From contig OZ219926.1 of NCBI GenBank assembly GCA_964291405.2, forward strand, positions 2,528,001 to 2,592,000: a stretch of 64,000 bases of DNA. Direction: 5' to 3'. The position numbers were made by a program, and so were the translations under genes. The DNA comes from Thermodesulfobacteriota bacterium. Lineage in GTDB: Bacteria; Desulfobacterota; Binatia; Bin18. Below the pieces are notes generated by a model. The model did no database searches. It was not told where the DNA came from and saw only the letters and a program-made list of their open reading frames with translations. Shown piece after piece: positions 29,562 through 38,926 of the stretch (positions are counted from its first letter, which is position 1; every line of letters begins with the position of its first letter).

Positions 29562-32275
29562 TCCGCCAGCGCCTTTACAACCCAGCCCAGTTGACCCCTG
29601 ACGAGTTGAAGGCATCGTTCGTCGCTCGTAAGGGAACCCTTGCAGAGATGATCCGTCTGATCCGCGAACAGCCGTGCGGACGGCCGTGTCAGCACATGAT
29701 GCTCATCGGCTCACGCGGAATGGGAAAGACCACCCTGGGGTTGCGGTTTCTGCACGCGGTTGAAGAATCGCCCGACCTTGCCGCAGATTGGCAACCCGTC
29801 CCGTTCTATGAGGAAAGCTACGGTGTCGGCAACTTGGCGGACTTCTGGCTTGCCGCCCTGCGCCATCTGACCCGCGCCACCGGGGATCCACGATGGGAGG
29901 AAAGAGCCGACGCCCTAGCCCAGGACGAAAGAGACACAGAGCGGCTTGCCGCGTATGCACTCGCAGCGCTCCTGGACTTTTGCCAGGCAAGCGGAAAACG
30001 ATTGATCCTGTTCGTCGAGAATCTCGATACTGTCTTCGAGCAGTTACACGACGAGCGTGAAGTTCACGCGCTACGCGCAAATCTGATTGAGCGTTCCGAT
30101 ATCCTACTGGTCGGATCGGCTAACGCCGTCTTTGAAGCCATTCAAGGCTATGGCAAACCGCTTTACGAGTTCTTCCGGCTCTTCATGCTCGAAGGTCTGG
30201 GGCAGGAAGAGACTCTCCAGATACTTAAAGTGCTTGCGGACCTTGAAGACAAGCCGGAAATTTTAGAAACCCTACGTCGTGAGAGCGGCCGACTGGAGAC
30301 CCTACGTCGGCTGACGGGCGGGAACCCGCGTCTGCTGGTTCTTGCCTGTCGGCTACTGATCGAATCGCCGCTCGGCTCTGCCTTTGAGGATCTGGAACGG
30401 CTCATCGACGAACAGACGCCTTATTTCAAAGCCCGGATTGAAGAATTACCGGTCCAATCCCGCAAAGTATTTCACTGTCTCGCGGAAGGATGGAAGCCGA
30501 TGCTGGCGAGGGAGGTTGCCGACGCCGCGAATCTAAACTCCTCGCACGCTAGCGCCCAACTCAAGCAACTTGTCGAAAAGGGCTATGCAAGAGAGATCCG
30601 GCTACAGGGAGCAAAGCGGATACGATATGAAGTCAGCGACCGGTTCTACAACATCTACTATCTGCTGCGTTTCTCGCGTGCAGGCCGGTACCGATTGGAG
30701 CGACTCGTCGCCTTCCTTCACGATCTTTTCGGCCCATCCGGAATGCGGATGATGTATCCGGCGACGCTGGAAGCATTGCGCGAGCACGGCTTGCCCACCT
30801 GGGAAGTATCCAATTGGCTCAGTATTTTGGCTGGCTACGTGGCCAGAGACAAAGACTTCAAAGGACGAGAGGATTGGCTACGCGAAGCGCTCAACCTTGC
30901 TAGTAACATGATCGGTCCACACGCACCCGTAATCGAGGAAATCAGCAAAACCTTTCCAAGTCAGGATTCATCGAGTCCAAGTAGCCTTATAGACTGGATA
31001 CAACGCGGTCACGCGCTGTTTAAAGACCGGCGTTTTGCGGACGCGGAAGCGGCGTACCGAAAGGCAACCGGAGAAATGCCGAATGACGCTACCGCATGGA
31101 CCGGGCTCGGCAAGGCACTGTTTGAACTGGGACGTTTCGAAGATGCGATAACTGCCCTTGGGCGGATACCTTTTGTCAATCCAAACGACTCGGTGTACTT
31201 GCGTGGTGTGACCGTTACGGCTCTCGGGACCAAAGCTGACGCTCTCACTGAATTGGGCCGACATGAAGAGGCTATCGCCATCTGGGAACGAATTACCGAG
31301 TATGTCCGTGTGAACGACCCAGCGGACCTGCGTCAGGGGGCTGCCTCAAGTCTCATATTCAAGGGTCTTGCTCTCACTGAATTGGGCCGACATGAAGAGG
31401 CTATCGCCATCTGGGAACGAATTACCGAGTATGTCCGTGTGAACGACCCAGCGGACCTGCGTCAGGGGGCTGCCTTGATTCTCATGACCAAAGGTTTTTC
31501 TCTCTCCGAGTTGGATCGACGTGACGAAGCTGTCACGGCCTGGGAGCAAGTTGCCGAATATGTCCGCCCAGATGACCCGATAGATCTGCGTCACGCGGCC
31601 GCCGTGGCGCTCGGCGCCAAGGGAAGCATTCTCTCCGAGTTGGAATGCTATGATGAAGCTATCACGGCCTGGGAGCAAGTTGCCGAATATGTCCGCCCGG
31701 ATGACCCGTCGGAACGACGCCAATTAATTGCGAGCGGGCTGACACGTGACAGTGGTCTCTTGTATATGGATGGGAGGTACAGAGAGGCGGAGGCCGCTTG
31801 CAGAAATGCGGCCAATATCGGGCCAACATACAGTGAAGTATGGCTCATCCTGGCGGAAACGATTCTTTGCCAGGGCGACGAAGAGCGTCTGCCGGAGGCC
31901 GAGGAGTGCGCCCGCCGCGCGGTGGAACTGGCACCGAAGGATCCGAGCGCCTTTCATACGCTCTCCGATGTCTTGGCTTGTCGCGGGCAATGGACAGAAG
32001 CGCTAGACCAGCTTGAAAATGCTCTGTCCATCGGCGGAGACGATTTCCAGGAACAAAATCGGCCCGGTTTAACGGAGTCGTTGAGCCGGGCCGTCGCCAC
32101 CGGCCACGGCTCGCGCGTCAAGCGGATAATGGAGGAAGCCGGACTGGCCGAGCCAATGGAGCCGCTCTGGCACGCTGTACGGGAAGAATTGGGCGAGGAA
32201 CTTGAACCCCTGCCCGCGGAGATCAGGGATACCGTGACCGAAATCCGACAAGAATTTACCGAGAAAAGACGTTGA
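29558..32275 (+). CDS. STAND-like ATPase - wHTH - TPR-like repeat protein
   Basis: Walker A GSRGMGKTT, Walker B variant LFVENLD, TGGNPR, wHTH (QLKQLVEKGY), TPR-like C-terminus; ATGA overlap with upstream gene. Confidence 0.85.
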   Translation: MIRQRLYNPAQLTPDELKASFVARKGTLAEMIRLIREQPCGRPCQHMMLIGSRGMGKTTLGLRFLHAVEESPDLAADWQPVPFYEESYGVGNLADFWLAALRHLTRATGDPRWEERADALAQDERDTERLAAYALAALLDFCQASGKRLILFVENLDTVFEQLHDEREVHALRANLIERSDILLVGSANAVFEAIQGYGKPLYEFFRLFMLEGLGQEETLQILKVLADLEDKPEILETLRRESGRLETLRRLTGGNPRLLVLACRLLIESPLGSAFEDLERLIDEQTPYFKARIEELPVQSRKVFHCLAEGWKPMLAREVADAANLNSSHASAQLKQLVEKGYAREIRLQGAKRIRYEVSDRFYNIYYLLRFSRAGRYRLERLVAFLHDLFGPSGMRMMYPATLEALREHGLPTWEVSNWLSILAGYVARDKDFKGREDWLREALNLASNMIGPHAPVIEEISKTFPSQDSSSPSSLIDWIQRGHALFKDRRFADAEAAYRKATGEMPNDATAWTGLGKALFELGRFEDAITALGRIPFVNPNDSVYLRGVTVTALGTKADALTELGRHEEAIAIWERITEYVRVNDPADLRQGAASSLIFKGLALTELGRHEEAIAIWERITEYVRVNDPADLRQGAALILMTKGFSLSELDRRDEAVTAWEQVAEYVRPDDPIDLRHAAAVALGAKGSILSELECYDEAITAWEQVAEYVRPDDPSERRQLIASGLTRDSGLLYMDGRYREAEAACRNAANIGPTYSEVWLILAETILCQGDEERLPEAEECARRAVELAPKDPSAFHTLSDVLACRGQWTEALDQLENALSIGGDDFQEQNRPGLTESLSRAVATGHGSRVKRIMEEAGLAEPMEPLWHAVREELGEELEPLPAEIRDTVTEIRQEFTEKRR
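31241..31710 (+). repeat. 129-bp (43-aa) tandem coding repeats, four units
   Basis: 31241-31346 identical to 31370-31475; units starting 31501 and 31630 closely similar to each other. Confidence 0.9.
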
Positions 32276-32302
32276 ATACGATACAATGAACCCCGTGACT
32301 CT

Positions 32303-32692
32303 ATGGCAAGTGCAAGGACCAGACCATTTAATATCGCTGACCACCCCGGCAGCCCCGAGGAGATCGCCACGTACTTGGACGCCGTTCTGGAAGAAGGAGA
32401 TGACAAGCTCTTGCTGGTGGCGCTGCGCAACGTTGTTAAATCCAAGGGTTTTACCAAGGTCGCCCAAGGGGCTGGTTTACTACGCGAGACCTTGTACCAG
32501 TCCTTCTCGGAAGACGGTAATCCCCGGCTCTCCACCTTGAGCGGCGTTCTTGGGCAGTTGGGCATGCGGCTCAGCGTGCTTTACGGAGGAACAGTGTCCC
32601 GGATATGGGACATGTTGTCAGCGGCTTCAAGGGCGTTCCGAAGGTCGGATGGGTCGCAGGCGTTCAGCCAACAGCCTCGCCACATGGTCTGA
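32303..32692 (+). CDS. Addiction-module antidote HTH protein (orphan; C-terminus probably read-through)
   Basis: SPEEIATYL.A.LEEGD..LL..ALR, VAQ.AGL.RETLY..FS.DGNPRLSTL..VL..LG.RL. Confidence 0.75.
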   Translation: MASARTRPFNIADHPGSPEEIATYLDAVLEEGDDKLLLVALRNVVKSKGFTKVAQGAGLLRETLYQSFSEDGNPRLSTLSGVLGQLGMRLSVLYGGTVSRIWDMLSAASRAFRRSDGSQAFSQQPRHMV

Positions 32693-32846
32693 GATGGTCA
32701 GATTTGCTGTTCTTTCTGTTCCCCATTATAGGTCGGGAACAGCGGAACAGATTCTTTTTCAAGGTCTAACCCTTTGGAATCGCTGGACAGTTGCTGTTCC
32801 CGGTATGCTGCCGAAACCACTGTGTTTTCGGGACCCTCGGGAACAG

Positions 32847-32906
32847 CAAAATAGAGGTACGGATCGCCCCTTTTGCCAAAATAGAGGTACGGATCGCCCC
32901 TTTTGC
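32847..32906. repeat. Perfect 30-bp tandem duplication
   Basis: CAAAATAGAGGTACGGATCGCCCCTTTTGC x2 at the hsdR truncation point. Confidence 0.9.
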
Positions 32907-33042
32907 CGCGCACGATAATGCGGCCCTTGGTGAAGCTGACCTCACGGCGAATCTGCGCAGCCTCGTCCCAGCCGGCCCGGTGCAGGGCCGGGGTGATGTA
33001 CTTGGCGCAAACATCGCTTTCACTGAGGCGTGTCTTTTCCAT
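32905..33042 (-). pseudogene. hsdR: N-terminal stub of Type I restriction subunit R (EcoAI-like)
   Basis: LSESDVCAKYITPALHRAGWD...IRREVSFTKGRIIVRGK resembles the EcoAI-family HsdR start; AAGGAAG RBS. Confidence 0.8.
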
Positions 33043-33143
33043 GGCGAGCTTCCTTCATTCATCACATCCCACCCTCGTGCGCTAGCGCGCCGCCTCCACA
33101 TCCCTTGACCCTTGAGGAGAGTCTGCGCAACGGGCGTGTTCGA

Positions 33144-33182
33144 TTGACATGTGGTAGCATGCAAGTAGGTTTGTCACATGTC
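33144..33182 (+). promoter_or_regulatory. Sigma70-like promoter with inverted-repeat operator; probably leaderless
   Basis: TTGACA-16-TAGGTT ending 6 nt before ATG 33178; GACATGTG...CACATGTC inverted repeat. Confidence 0.55.
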
Positions 33183-33408
33183 GAAAATGATTCAGTTGCG
33201 AAACGTTCCCGATGCACTGCATAGGGTCCTCAAGTCCAGGGCTGCGCTGGCTGGGAAGTCGCTGTCTGACTATCTCATTGCGGAGATGCAGCGCCACGCC
33301 GAATATCCGACCGTAGAAGAGCTCCGCCAGCGCCTCCACGCCCGCACCCCGGTGCGTCCCACCCTTTCACCGGCCCACATAGTCCGGGAAGAACGGGACG
33401 GCCGGTGA
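33178..33408 (+). CDS. FitA-like ribbon-helix-helix antitoxin (orphan)
   Basis: MIQLRNVPDALHRVLKSRAALAGKSLSDYL; followed by GTG ATT GTT GAT TAG, a 4-codon PIN-like start. Confidence 0.85.
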   Translation: MSKMIQLRNVPDALHRVLKSRAALAGKSLSDYLIAEMQRHAEYPTVEELRQRLHARTPVRPTLSPAHIVREERDGR

Positions 33409-33415
33409 TTGTTGA

Positions 33416-33766
33416 TTAGGCCAATGGAATAAACAGCGACTTTCTGGGCCTGCCGTTGACCGCCCGGCTGATATGTCCCTGACCGGTGGTATCTTCGGCC
33501 AGCAGAATCTCGCCCGTGCCCAGAATGCGCTTCGTGCCGTCGCCAGTCTCGATCTCGACCTCCCCCTCAAGCATGACCACATACTGCCGACGCGGCGCGT
33601 TGTGAAAATCGAGGTCATAGTCACCGCCCGTTTCTCGAAAGATCACGCCGGTTGCCGGAATGAGCTCGGAGAGCCGCCCGACGACATTCCCGTCTTTGAG
33701 CGGAATCTCGACATCCTCAAAATGCGACTGGTTGTCCGGACCCGTATAGATGCGGGTGACTTTCAT
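33416..33766 (-). CDS. Cupin-fold protein
   Basis: HNAPRRQYVVMLEGEVEI, GEILLAEDTTGQGH. Confidence 0.8.
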   Translation of the reverse strand: MKVTRIYTGPDNQSHFEDVEIPLKDGNVVGRLSELIPATGVIFRETGGDYDLDFHNAPRRQYVVMLEGEVEIETGDGTKRILGTGEILLAEDTTGQGHISRAVNGRPRKSLFIPLA

Positions 33767-33940
33767 GCTGGGCCTCCCTTCCACAGGTTCTGAACTGTAT
33801 GATACCGGCCCCTTGAGTGTCAAATCATCCCGGATTTTCCGGTCCTTTTTCAGTCAGCTTACCTGGACAGTGCCACCACCCATGACTTATAGTTGGGCGG
33901 CTGTAATGAGAAGAGACCAGCGAAGATAGAGGAGACTCCT

Positions 33941-35023
33941 ATGCGCGCCGTAGTGATGCTGAACCATGAACTGACCGTTGAAGATATTTCCGTTCCAGAG
34001 CCCGGACCGGGCGAGGTCTTGGTCAAAACCCTGGCCTGTGGGATTTGCGGCTCGGACCTCCATGCGCTGAAGCATACGGAGAAGCTGGTCGAAGTCTCAG
34101 AGCGCTCCAACGGCGTGTTTAATATGGACCTCAGCCGGGGCATCGTCATGGGTCATGAGTTCTGTTTCGAGGTGGTTGACCACGGGCCGAACACGGACCG
34201 CACTCTCAAAGCCGGCACCCGCGCGGTGTCCATGCCGGTTCTCATTCGACCGACCGGTGTCGAGACGGTCGGCTATTCAAATGACAACCCAGGTGGCTAC
34301 GGGGAGTATATGCGCCTGAGTGAAAAGCTGTTGATTGAAGTCCCGAATGGCCTGCCGACACAGAAAGCTGCCCTGACCGAACCCATGGCAGTCGGCCTGC
34401 ATGCGGTTGAAATGGCGCGCCTGACAACAGACGACGTGCCGCTGGTTATCGGCTGTGGGCCGGTCGGTCTGGCTGTGGTCGCGTCGCTACGCATGAAAGG
34501 GGTGCAGCCCATTATCGCCGCGGATTTCTCCTCCCGCCGCCGCCAGCTTGCGCAGGCCGTGGGCGCGGATATCGTCATCGACCCCGCCGAGCAGTCGCCG
34601 TATACCAGTTGGCAGGAGGCTGCGGTCTGGGCCGACCCGAGCACGGCTCCGCCCCAGCCGCCCTGGGCTTCGGGTCCGCCGCTGCGGCCGGCCGTCATGT
34701 TTGAATGCGTCGGTGTCCCTGGGGTCATTGATCAGATTATGGCTGCGGCCCCACAGGGCACCCGGATTGTGGTTGTGGGCGTGTGTATGGAAAAGGACAG
34801 CTTTGAACCCATGTTCGGGATCAACAAAGAGTTGAATCTTCAATTCGTCCTGGGCTATAGCGGGGAAGAATATGCGTCCACCCTGCATCATATTGCAGAA
34901 GGCCAGATTATGACCGACCCATTAATTACGGGGACCGTAGGGATAGAGGGAGTTGCCCAGGCATTCAAAGACCTGCACTCGCCTGAGCAGCACGCGAAAA
35001 TTATCGTGGAACCCTGGCACTAA
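33941..35023 (+). CDS. Zinc-dependent medium-chain dehydrogenase
   Basis: CGICGSDLH, GHEF, GCGPVG; GAGGAG RBS. Confidence 0.92.
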   Translation: MRAVVMLNHELTVEDISVPEPGPGEVLVKTLACGICGSDLHALKHTEKLVEVSERSNGVFNMDLSRGIVMGHEFCFEVVDHGPNTDRTLKAGTRAVSMPVLIRPTGVETVGYSNDNPGGYGEYMRLSEKLLIEVPNGLPTQKAALTEPMAVGLHAVEMARLTTDDVPLVIGCGPVGLAVVASLRMKGVQPIIAADFSSRRRQLAQAVGADIVIDPAEQSPYTSWQEAAVWADPSTAPPQPPWASGPPLRPAVMFECVGVPGVIDQIMAAAPQGTRIVVVGVCMEKDSFEPMFGINKELNLQFVLGYSGEEYASTLHHIAEGQIMTDPLITGTVGIEGVAQAFKDLHSPEQHAKIIVEPWH

Positions 35024-35076
35024 AGAGTGAACGTGTCCTCCAATAAACATGCAAAGGCTGGACACGTTTACTCTTT
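35022..35076. mobile_element. 55-bp MITE-like palindrome, intergenic copy
   Basis: 17-bp arms AAAGAGTGAACGTGTCC / GGACACGTTTACTCTTT; sister at 60606-60659. Confidence 0.75.
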
Positions 35077-35092
35077 CCAACAGGAGGACAGT

Positions 35093-35731
35093 ATGGCTGA
35101 TATACAGAATTGGACCCTCCGGGGCGACTGGTTTGATGTGTGCAGTTGCGATATCGCCTGTCCGTGCGAATTCGCCCAGCCACCGACAAACAATCACTGC
35201 GAGGGCGTTCTGGCCTACCATGTCCGAGAGGGGATGTATGGCTCGACCCGTCTCGATGGACTGAATGTGATGGCCGTGGCCAATTTTAGCGGCAATATCT
35301 GGGCTGGTGAGGCCAAAATCTCACTGGGGCTGTTTATTGACGAACAGGCCGATACGCAGCAGCGTGAGGCGCTTCAACTCATCTTTTCCGGGCAGGCCGG
35401 CGGATTTATGGCCGGGTTTGCGCGCTCGATTGGTGAGGTGCGCGGGATTGAGTTTGTTCCGATCACTTTTGATATTGCCGATGACCTGGCCTTTTGGAAA
35501 GCGGAGATTCCCGACCGCGTCACGGCCTCTGCCGAAGCGTTGACCGGACCAACCACCCCGAAAGGGAAACGGGTGCAGTTGCTGAATCCGCCCGGCTCCG
35601 AAGTGGGGCCTGGCCAGGTCGCGACCTGGGGCAAAACGGTTGACAATCGGGTCACCGCCTACGGCTTTGAGTGGGATTGGGCCGGCAAATCAAGCAAGCA
35701 TATCCCTTTTGACTGGAGTGGACCTGCGTAG
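35093..35731 (+). CDS. DUF1326 family protein
   Basis: W...G.WFDVCSC...CPC....PT...C, G.YG...LDGL. Confidence 0.85.
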   Translation: MADIQNWTLRGDWFDVCSCDIACPCEFAQPPTNNHCEGVLAYHVREGMYGSTRLDGLNVMAVANFSGNIWAGEAKISLGLFIDEQADTQQREALQLIFSGQAGGFMAGFARSIGEVRGIEFVPITFDIADDLAFWKAEIPDRVTASAEALTGPTTPKGKRVQLLNPPGSEVGPGQVATWGKTVDNRVTAYGFEWDWAGKSSKHIPFDWSGPA

Positions 35732-35755
35732 GGGCAATTCATGAATTGCCCCTAC
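35728..35755. repeat. GTAG-type REP, perfect palindrome
   Basis: GTAGGGGCAATTCATGAATTGCCCCTAC. Confidence 0.85.
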
Positions 35756-35886
35756 TGAATGCAAAATGGCGGGAGAAGACTCGTGCAAGGGGCTCACGAG
35801 CTTCCCCCGCCACTGGAAGGAGGAAGAAAGAAGGAAAGCTATTACTCTGACGTATCAACACCTGTCAGTATTCAACCCGCCCTCAA

Positions 35887-36594
35887 CTATTCGGATAAAT
35901 ATTCCACTTTCTCTAAAAAAGCCTTGGCCCCCCCGGATGTTCCTTTGGTATTCATCTGAAAACCGAATCGGCTGATTGGGGGAACAACGGTCTGACCAAA
36001 CTGTGCGCGGAAGCTCTGGTCCAAATCGAATTCCGTCACCACCCGCTCCCCTACCGGCACCCCGCAGGGTGTACAGAAATAGCGTCCGCCGGTTTTATAG
36101 TAATTCCCGGTATAGGCCCGATTTCCCTGCTCTTTTTCTCCTAAGAAGAGACCGATGAAGTATGGAGCGTTGGGGATGAAGAGCGAGCCGCTCTTTATTT
36201 TCTTTGTCCCGAACGTGGTCATCACCGCAATAGGGACCGCCGTTATCCCCTGGCTCCAATCCGCCCCGCGCGGATAGCGCTCGACCCCCCAATGGATACG
36301 AATCCGCTTGACCTGAGACATATGCAGGGGCAACTCGAACAGGCCCGCCTTTCGTCGGGAGGTGTGTAAGACGAGGCGATTATCTTTGAAGTGCGGCTGT
36401 AAATCGTCCGCGTCAAGGCGAAAGGTAAATCCCTGCTGCTTCAACCATTCCTCTGCCGGACCATCCGGCTGGCCGGAGAAGTCAATCGTATGCAGCGGGG
36501 CCGCCGTGGCTCCGAAGGAGCCACACCACAACAGACAAAAACATAAAATCCCGAGAATCCATACTTTCCAACGCTGAAGGCTCCGTGTTCGCAT
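35887..36594 (-). CDS. Hypothetical secreted beta-rich protein
   Basis: Signal-peptide-like N-terminus, 235 aa open frame, AAGGGG RBS. Confidence 0.6.
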   Translation of the reverse strand: MRTRSLQRWKVWILGILCFCLLWCGSFGATAAPLHTIDFSGQPDGPAEEWLKQQGFTFRLDADDLQPHFKDNRLVLHTSRRKAGLFELPLHMSQVKRIRIHWGVERYPRGADWSQGITAVPIAVMTTFGTKKIKSGSLFIPNAPYFIGLFLGEKEQGNRAYTGNYYKTGGRYFCTPCGVPVGERVVTEFDLDQSFRAQFGQTVVPPISRFGFQMNTKGTSGGAKAFLEKVEYLSE

Positions 36595-36777
36595 ATTCCC
36601 CCTTACAAGGCAGAGCCGTCTATCTTGACGAGGCGTTGAGCCGTGCGCAAGGTCGCCCTCCAGACCGATTGCCCACCTCTACTTGCCGACTTGACGCTGT
36701 CCACATTCCGGTCGAGAATAACCCGCACCGTGTCACAAAAGACTCCAACCCACGTACCGATAGAGAGGAGAACACAT

Positions 36778-37770
36778 ATGGCTCAAATCGGACTCGCCTT
36801 GGCCGGTGGTATGTCGCCCACCGATGTTGTTGACTGTGTCAAATATGCGGAAGAGCAGAGCTATGCTTCAGCTTGGTTTGCAGAAGGCCATGGCGGAGAT
36901 CAATTCTCTGTTTTGACTGCCTGTGCTCTCGCAACCCAGCGCATCCGGCTTGGCACGAGTATCAGTAGTATTTTCGTCCGCAGCGTGCCGACCATTGCCA
37001 TGGCGGCCGCGTGCGTCGATCATTACTCCCAGCAGCGCTTTATTTTGGGGCTGGGCTCCAGCCATAAGGTGCAGGTCGAGCCGGAACACGGCATCCCGTA
37101 CGGGCAGCCGGTCCAGCGCATGCGGGAAACGGTCGAGATTATCCGCACGCTGCTGCGTGAGGGGGCGGTATCCTATCAGGGCGAGGTGGTGACCATTGAG
37201 CAGTTTGATCTCTGGTTTCAGCCCGCCCGTCCAGAAATTCCAATCTATATCTCAGCCGTCTTTCCGCAGATGCTCCAAGCCTGCGGTGAACTCGCCCAGG
37301 GCACCATTCTGGTGTGGAGTGCCCCGGAGGCGGGCAAGCTGGCCGCTGAAAACATCGCGATCGGTGCCCAGCGAGCCGGACGCCAGGCCGAAGACGTTGA
37401 TATTGTCTCGCTTCTCCCGATGAGCGTGGCCCAGGACCACCAAGAAGCCCTGGGGCGTATTCGACCCCTGGTCGCTTTCTACGCCGGATTCTTTCCGCGC
37501 TATAATCGTGTCATGGCCGAGCAGGGGTTTCCCGAGGAAGCCCAGGCCATTCGAGAGGCATGGCAGCAGGGGGACCGGCAAAAGGCGATCCAACTGGTTC
37601 CCGATCCGATGATAGAAACGGTCAGTGTCGTGGGGACGCCGACCGAATGCCGGGAGCGGGTCGAAGCCTATCGTCGCTCAGGCATCGTGCATCCGGTTAT
37701 TTTCCCTGTGAGCGAAGGCCCCAGCGGGAAACAGCACGTGCTGGATGCTGTTAGGGCATGTGCGCCCTAA
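36778..37770 (+). CDS. LLM-class (Mer/F420-type) oxidoreductase
   Basis: WFAEGHG, IRLGTSI, RFILGLGSS, VVGTP.ECRE; GAGGAG RBS; TTGACG-17-GAGAAT upstream. Confidence 0.9.
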   Translation: MAQIGLALAGGMSPTDVVDCVKYAEEQSYASAWFAEGHGGDQFSVLTACALATQRIRLGTSISSIFVRSVPTIAMAAACVDHYSQQRFILGLGSSHKVQVEPEHGIPYGQPVQRMRETVEIIRTLLREGAVSYQGEVVTIEQFDLWFQPARPEIPIYISAVFPQMLQACGELAQGTILVWSAPEAGKLAAENIAIGAQRAGRQAEDVDIVSLLPMSVAQDHQEALGRIRPLVAFYAGFFPRYNRVMAEQGFPEEAQAIREAWQQGDRQKAIQLVPDPMIETVSVVGTPTECRERVEAYRRSGIVHPVIFPVSEGPSGKQHVLDAVRACAP

Positions 37771-37792
37771 GTTGTTGACGAATACGTAGGGC

Positions 37793-38926
37793 TCACCCTT
37801 TGTCAATCAGAAACAGAAATTCTCGGTTCGGGCATTCTGCATCGCGCAACCATTCGTTCGTCCACTTCATTCCCGCCATAACATTGCGCTTGTAGTCAAC
37901 CTCGATAACATCAATGACTTCGCCCCTGAGAGATAAAATGTTGTGTAATTCGTCTGCCGTTGCCCGGCCGCCCGAACTGTAGGAGAGTATAATCCACCGT
38001 GCCGTCGTCGATTGTATTAGGCGTTCAATTGCCTCAACCGCAATGAATCGGCCCGTGCGAGGGTTTCTCTTGAATTCCTCAAATACTGATCCAGAGAGGG
38101 TGTCGGACGTGTCTCTTCTTCTCTTTGCCTTACCGAATAATTCCGGGAAGTCATTGAGACAGATAGTCGTCCATAAATGATAATAGGACGCATACCGAAC
38201 GCGTGACGGAGGCATCTTTTCGTTATTTGATCCATAGGGAGGATCAAAATAGGCAAGATCAACGTTGCAATTGGCAATGTCAAATATATCGCCACGATGA
38301 ATGTCGTGCTTACATTCGTAAGAAACCAAATCGGGCACTTCAAGATACAAATCGTGGAACGATCGTGGAGACCATTTCTGGAGATAGGAGACAAAATGAC
38401 CAAGCGTACTATCGACACGATCTAACCCTAGAATGAGACTCGTCAGCGCCACTGCCCTCTCAATCGGGGACAAAGAAAGACGGTCAATTTCTTGACGAAT
38501 TCCGTCCAATTTTCGCGTATTATGAATCTGCCAGGGTCTTTTCAGGCCGTCACTCTGAACAGAACTGCCGGCATTGGACTCGCCGCCATAGTGCTCGGTA
38601 AACCAGCCGTCTCTTGGCTGAACCTTGTTCAGACTGCGAATCAGTGTCGAATAACCTTCCTTTGGCCGGTCGCTGAGCAAATAGCATTGCCCGAAAACCT
38701 CTGACCATACCGCAATATCATTGCTGACAACCCGATACCCTGACTGGGCGAGTGCTTGGGATACACGAGTTGATCCTGAGAAGCCGTCAAGGACGCTCTT
38801 CGCCTCGGTTCGATGGGCCAAGTCGAGAATGTAGGAAAGCAGCTTCAATTTAGAGCCGGCATATTTTATGCCCTCTGTGGTCGGCCTATCGACTACGATG
38901 TCACTGAACAGCGATAAATTGTTCAT
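37793..38926 (-). CDS. N6-adenine DNA methyltransferase (D12/Dam-FokI class)
   Basis: IKYAGSK..LL, LDGFSGS, YFDPPY, LSYS, EFLF. Confidence 0.9.
   Translation of the reverse strand: MNNLSLFSDIVVDRPTTEGIKYAGSKLKLLSYILDLAHRTEAKSVLDGFSGSTRVSQALAQSGYRVVSNDIAVWSEVFGQCYLLSDRPKEGYSTLIRSLNKVQPRDGWFTEHYGGESNAGSSVQSDGLKRPWQIHNTRKLDGIRQEIDRLSLSPIERAVALTSLILGLDRVDSTLGHFVSYLQKWSPRSFHDLYLEVPDLVSYECKHDIHRGDIFDIANCNVDLAYFDPPYGSNNEKMPPSRVRYASYYHLWTTICLNDFPELFGKAKRRRDTSDTLSGSVFEEFKRNPRTGRFIAVEAIERLIQSTTARWIILSYSSGGRATADELHNILSLRGEVIDVIEVDYKRNVMAGMKWTNEWLRDAECPNREFLFLIDKG

Noticed and set aside
31241-31475. Identical repeats as CRISPR or DGR template/variable pair
   Set aside because: In-frame coding units; no adenine-specific differences and no reverse transcriptase in the window
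32847-32906. 30-bp repeat as a CRISPR array
   Set aside because: Two abutting copies with no spacer and no cas genes
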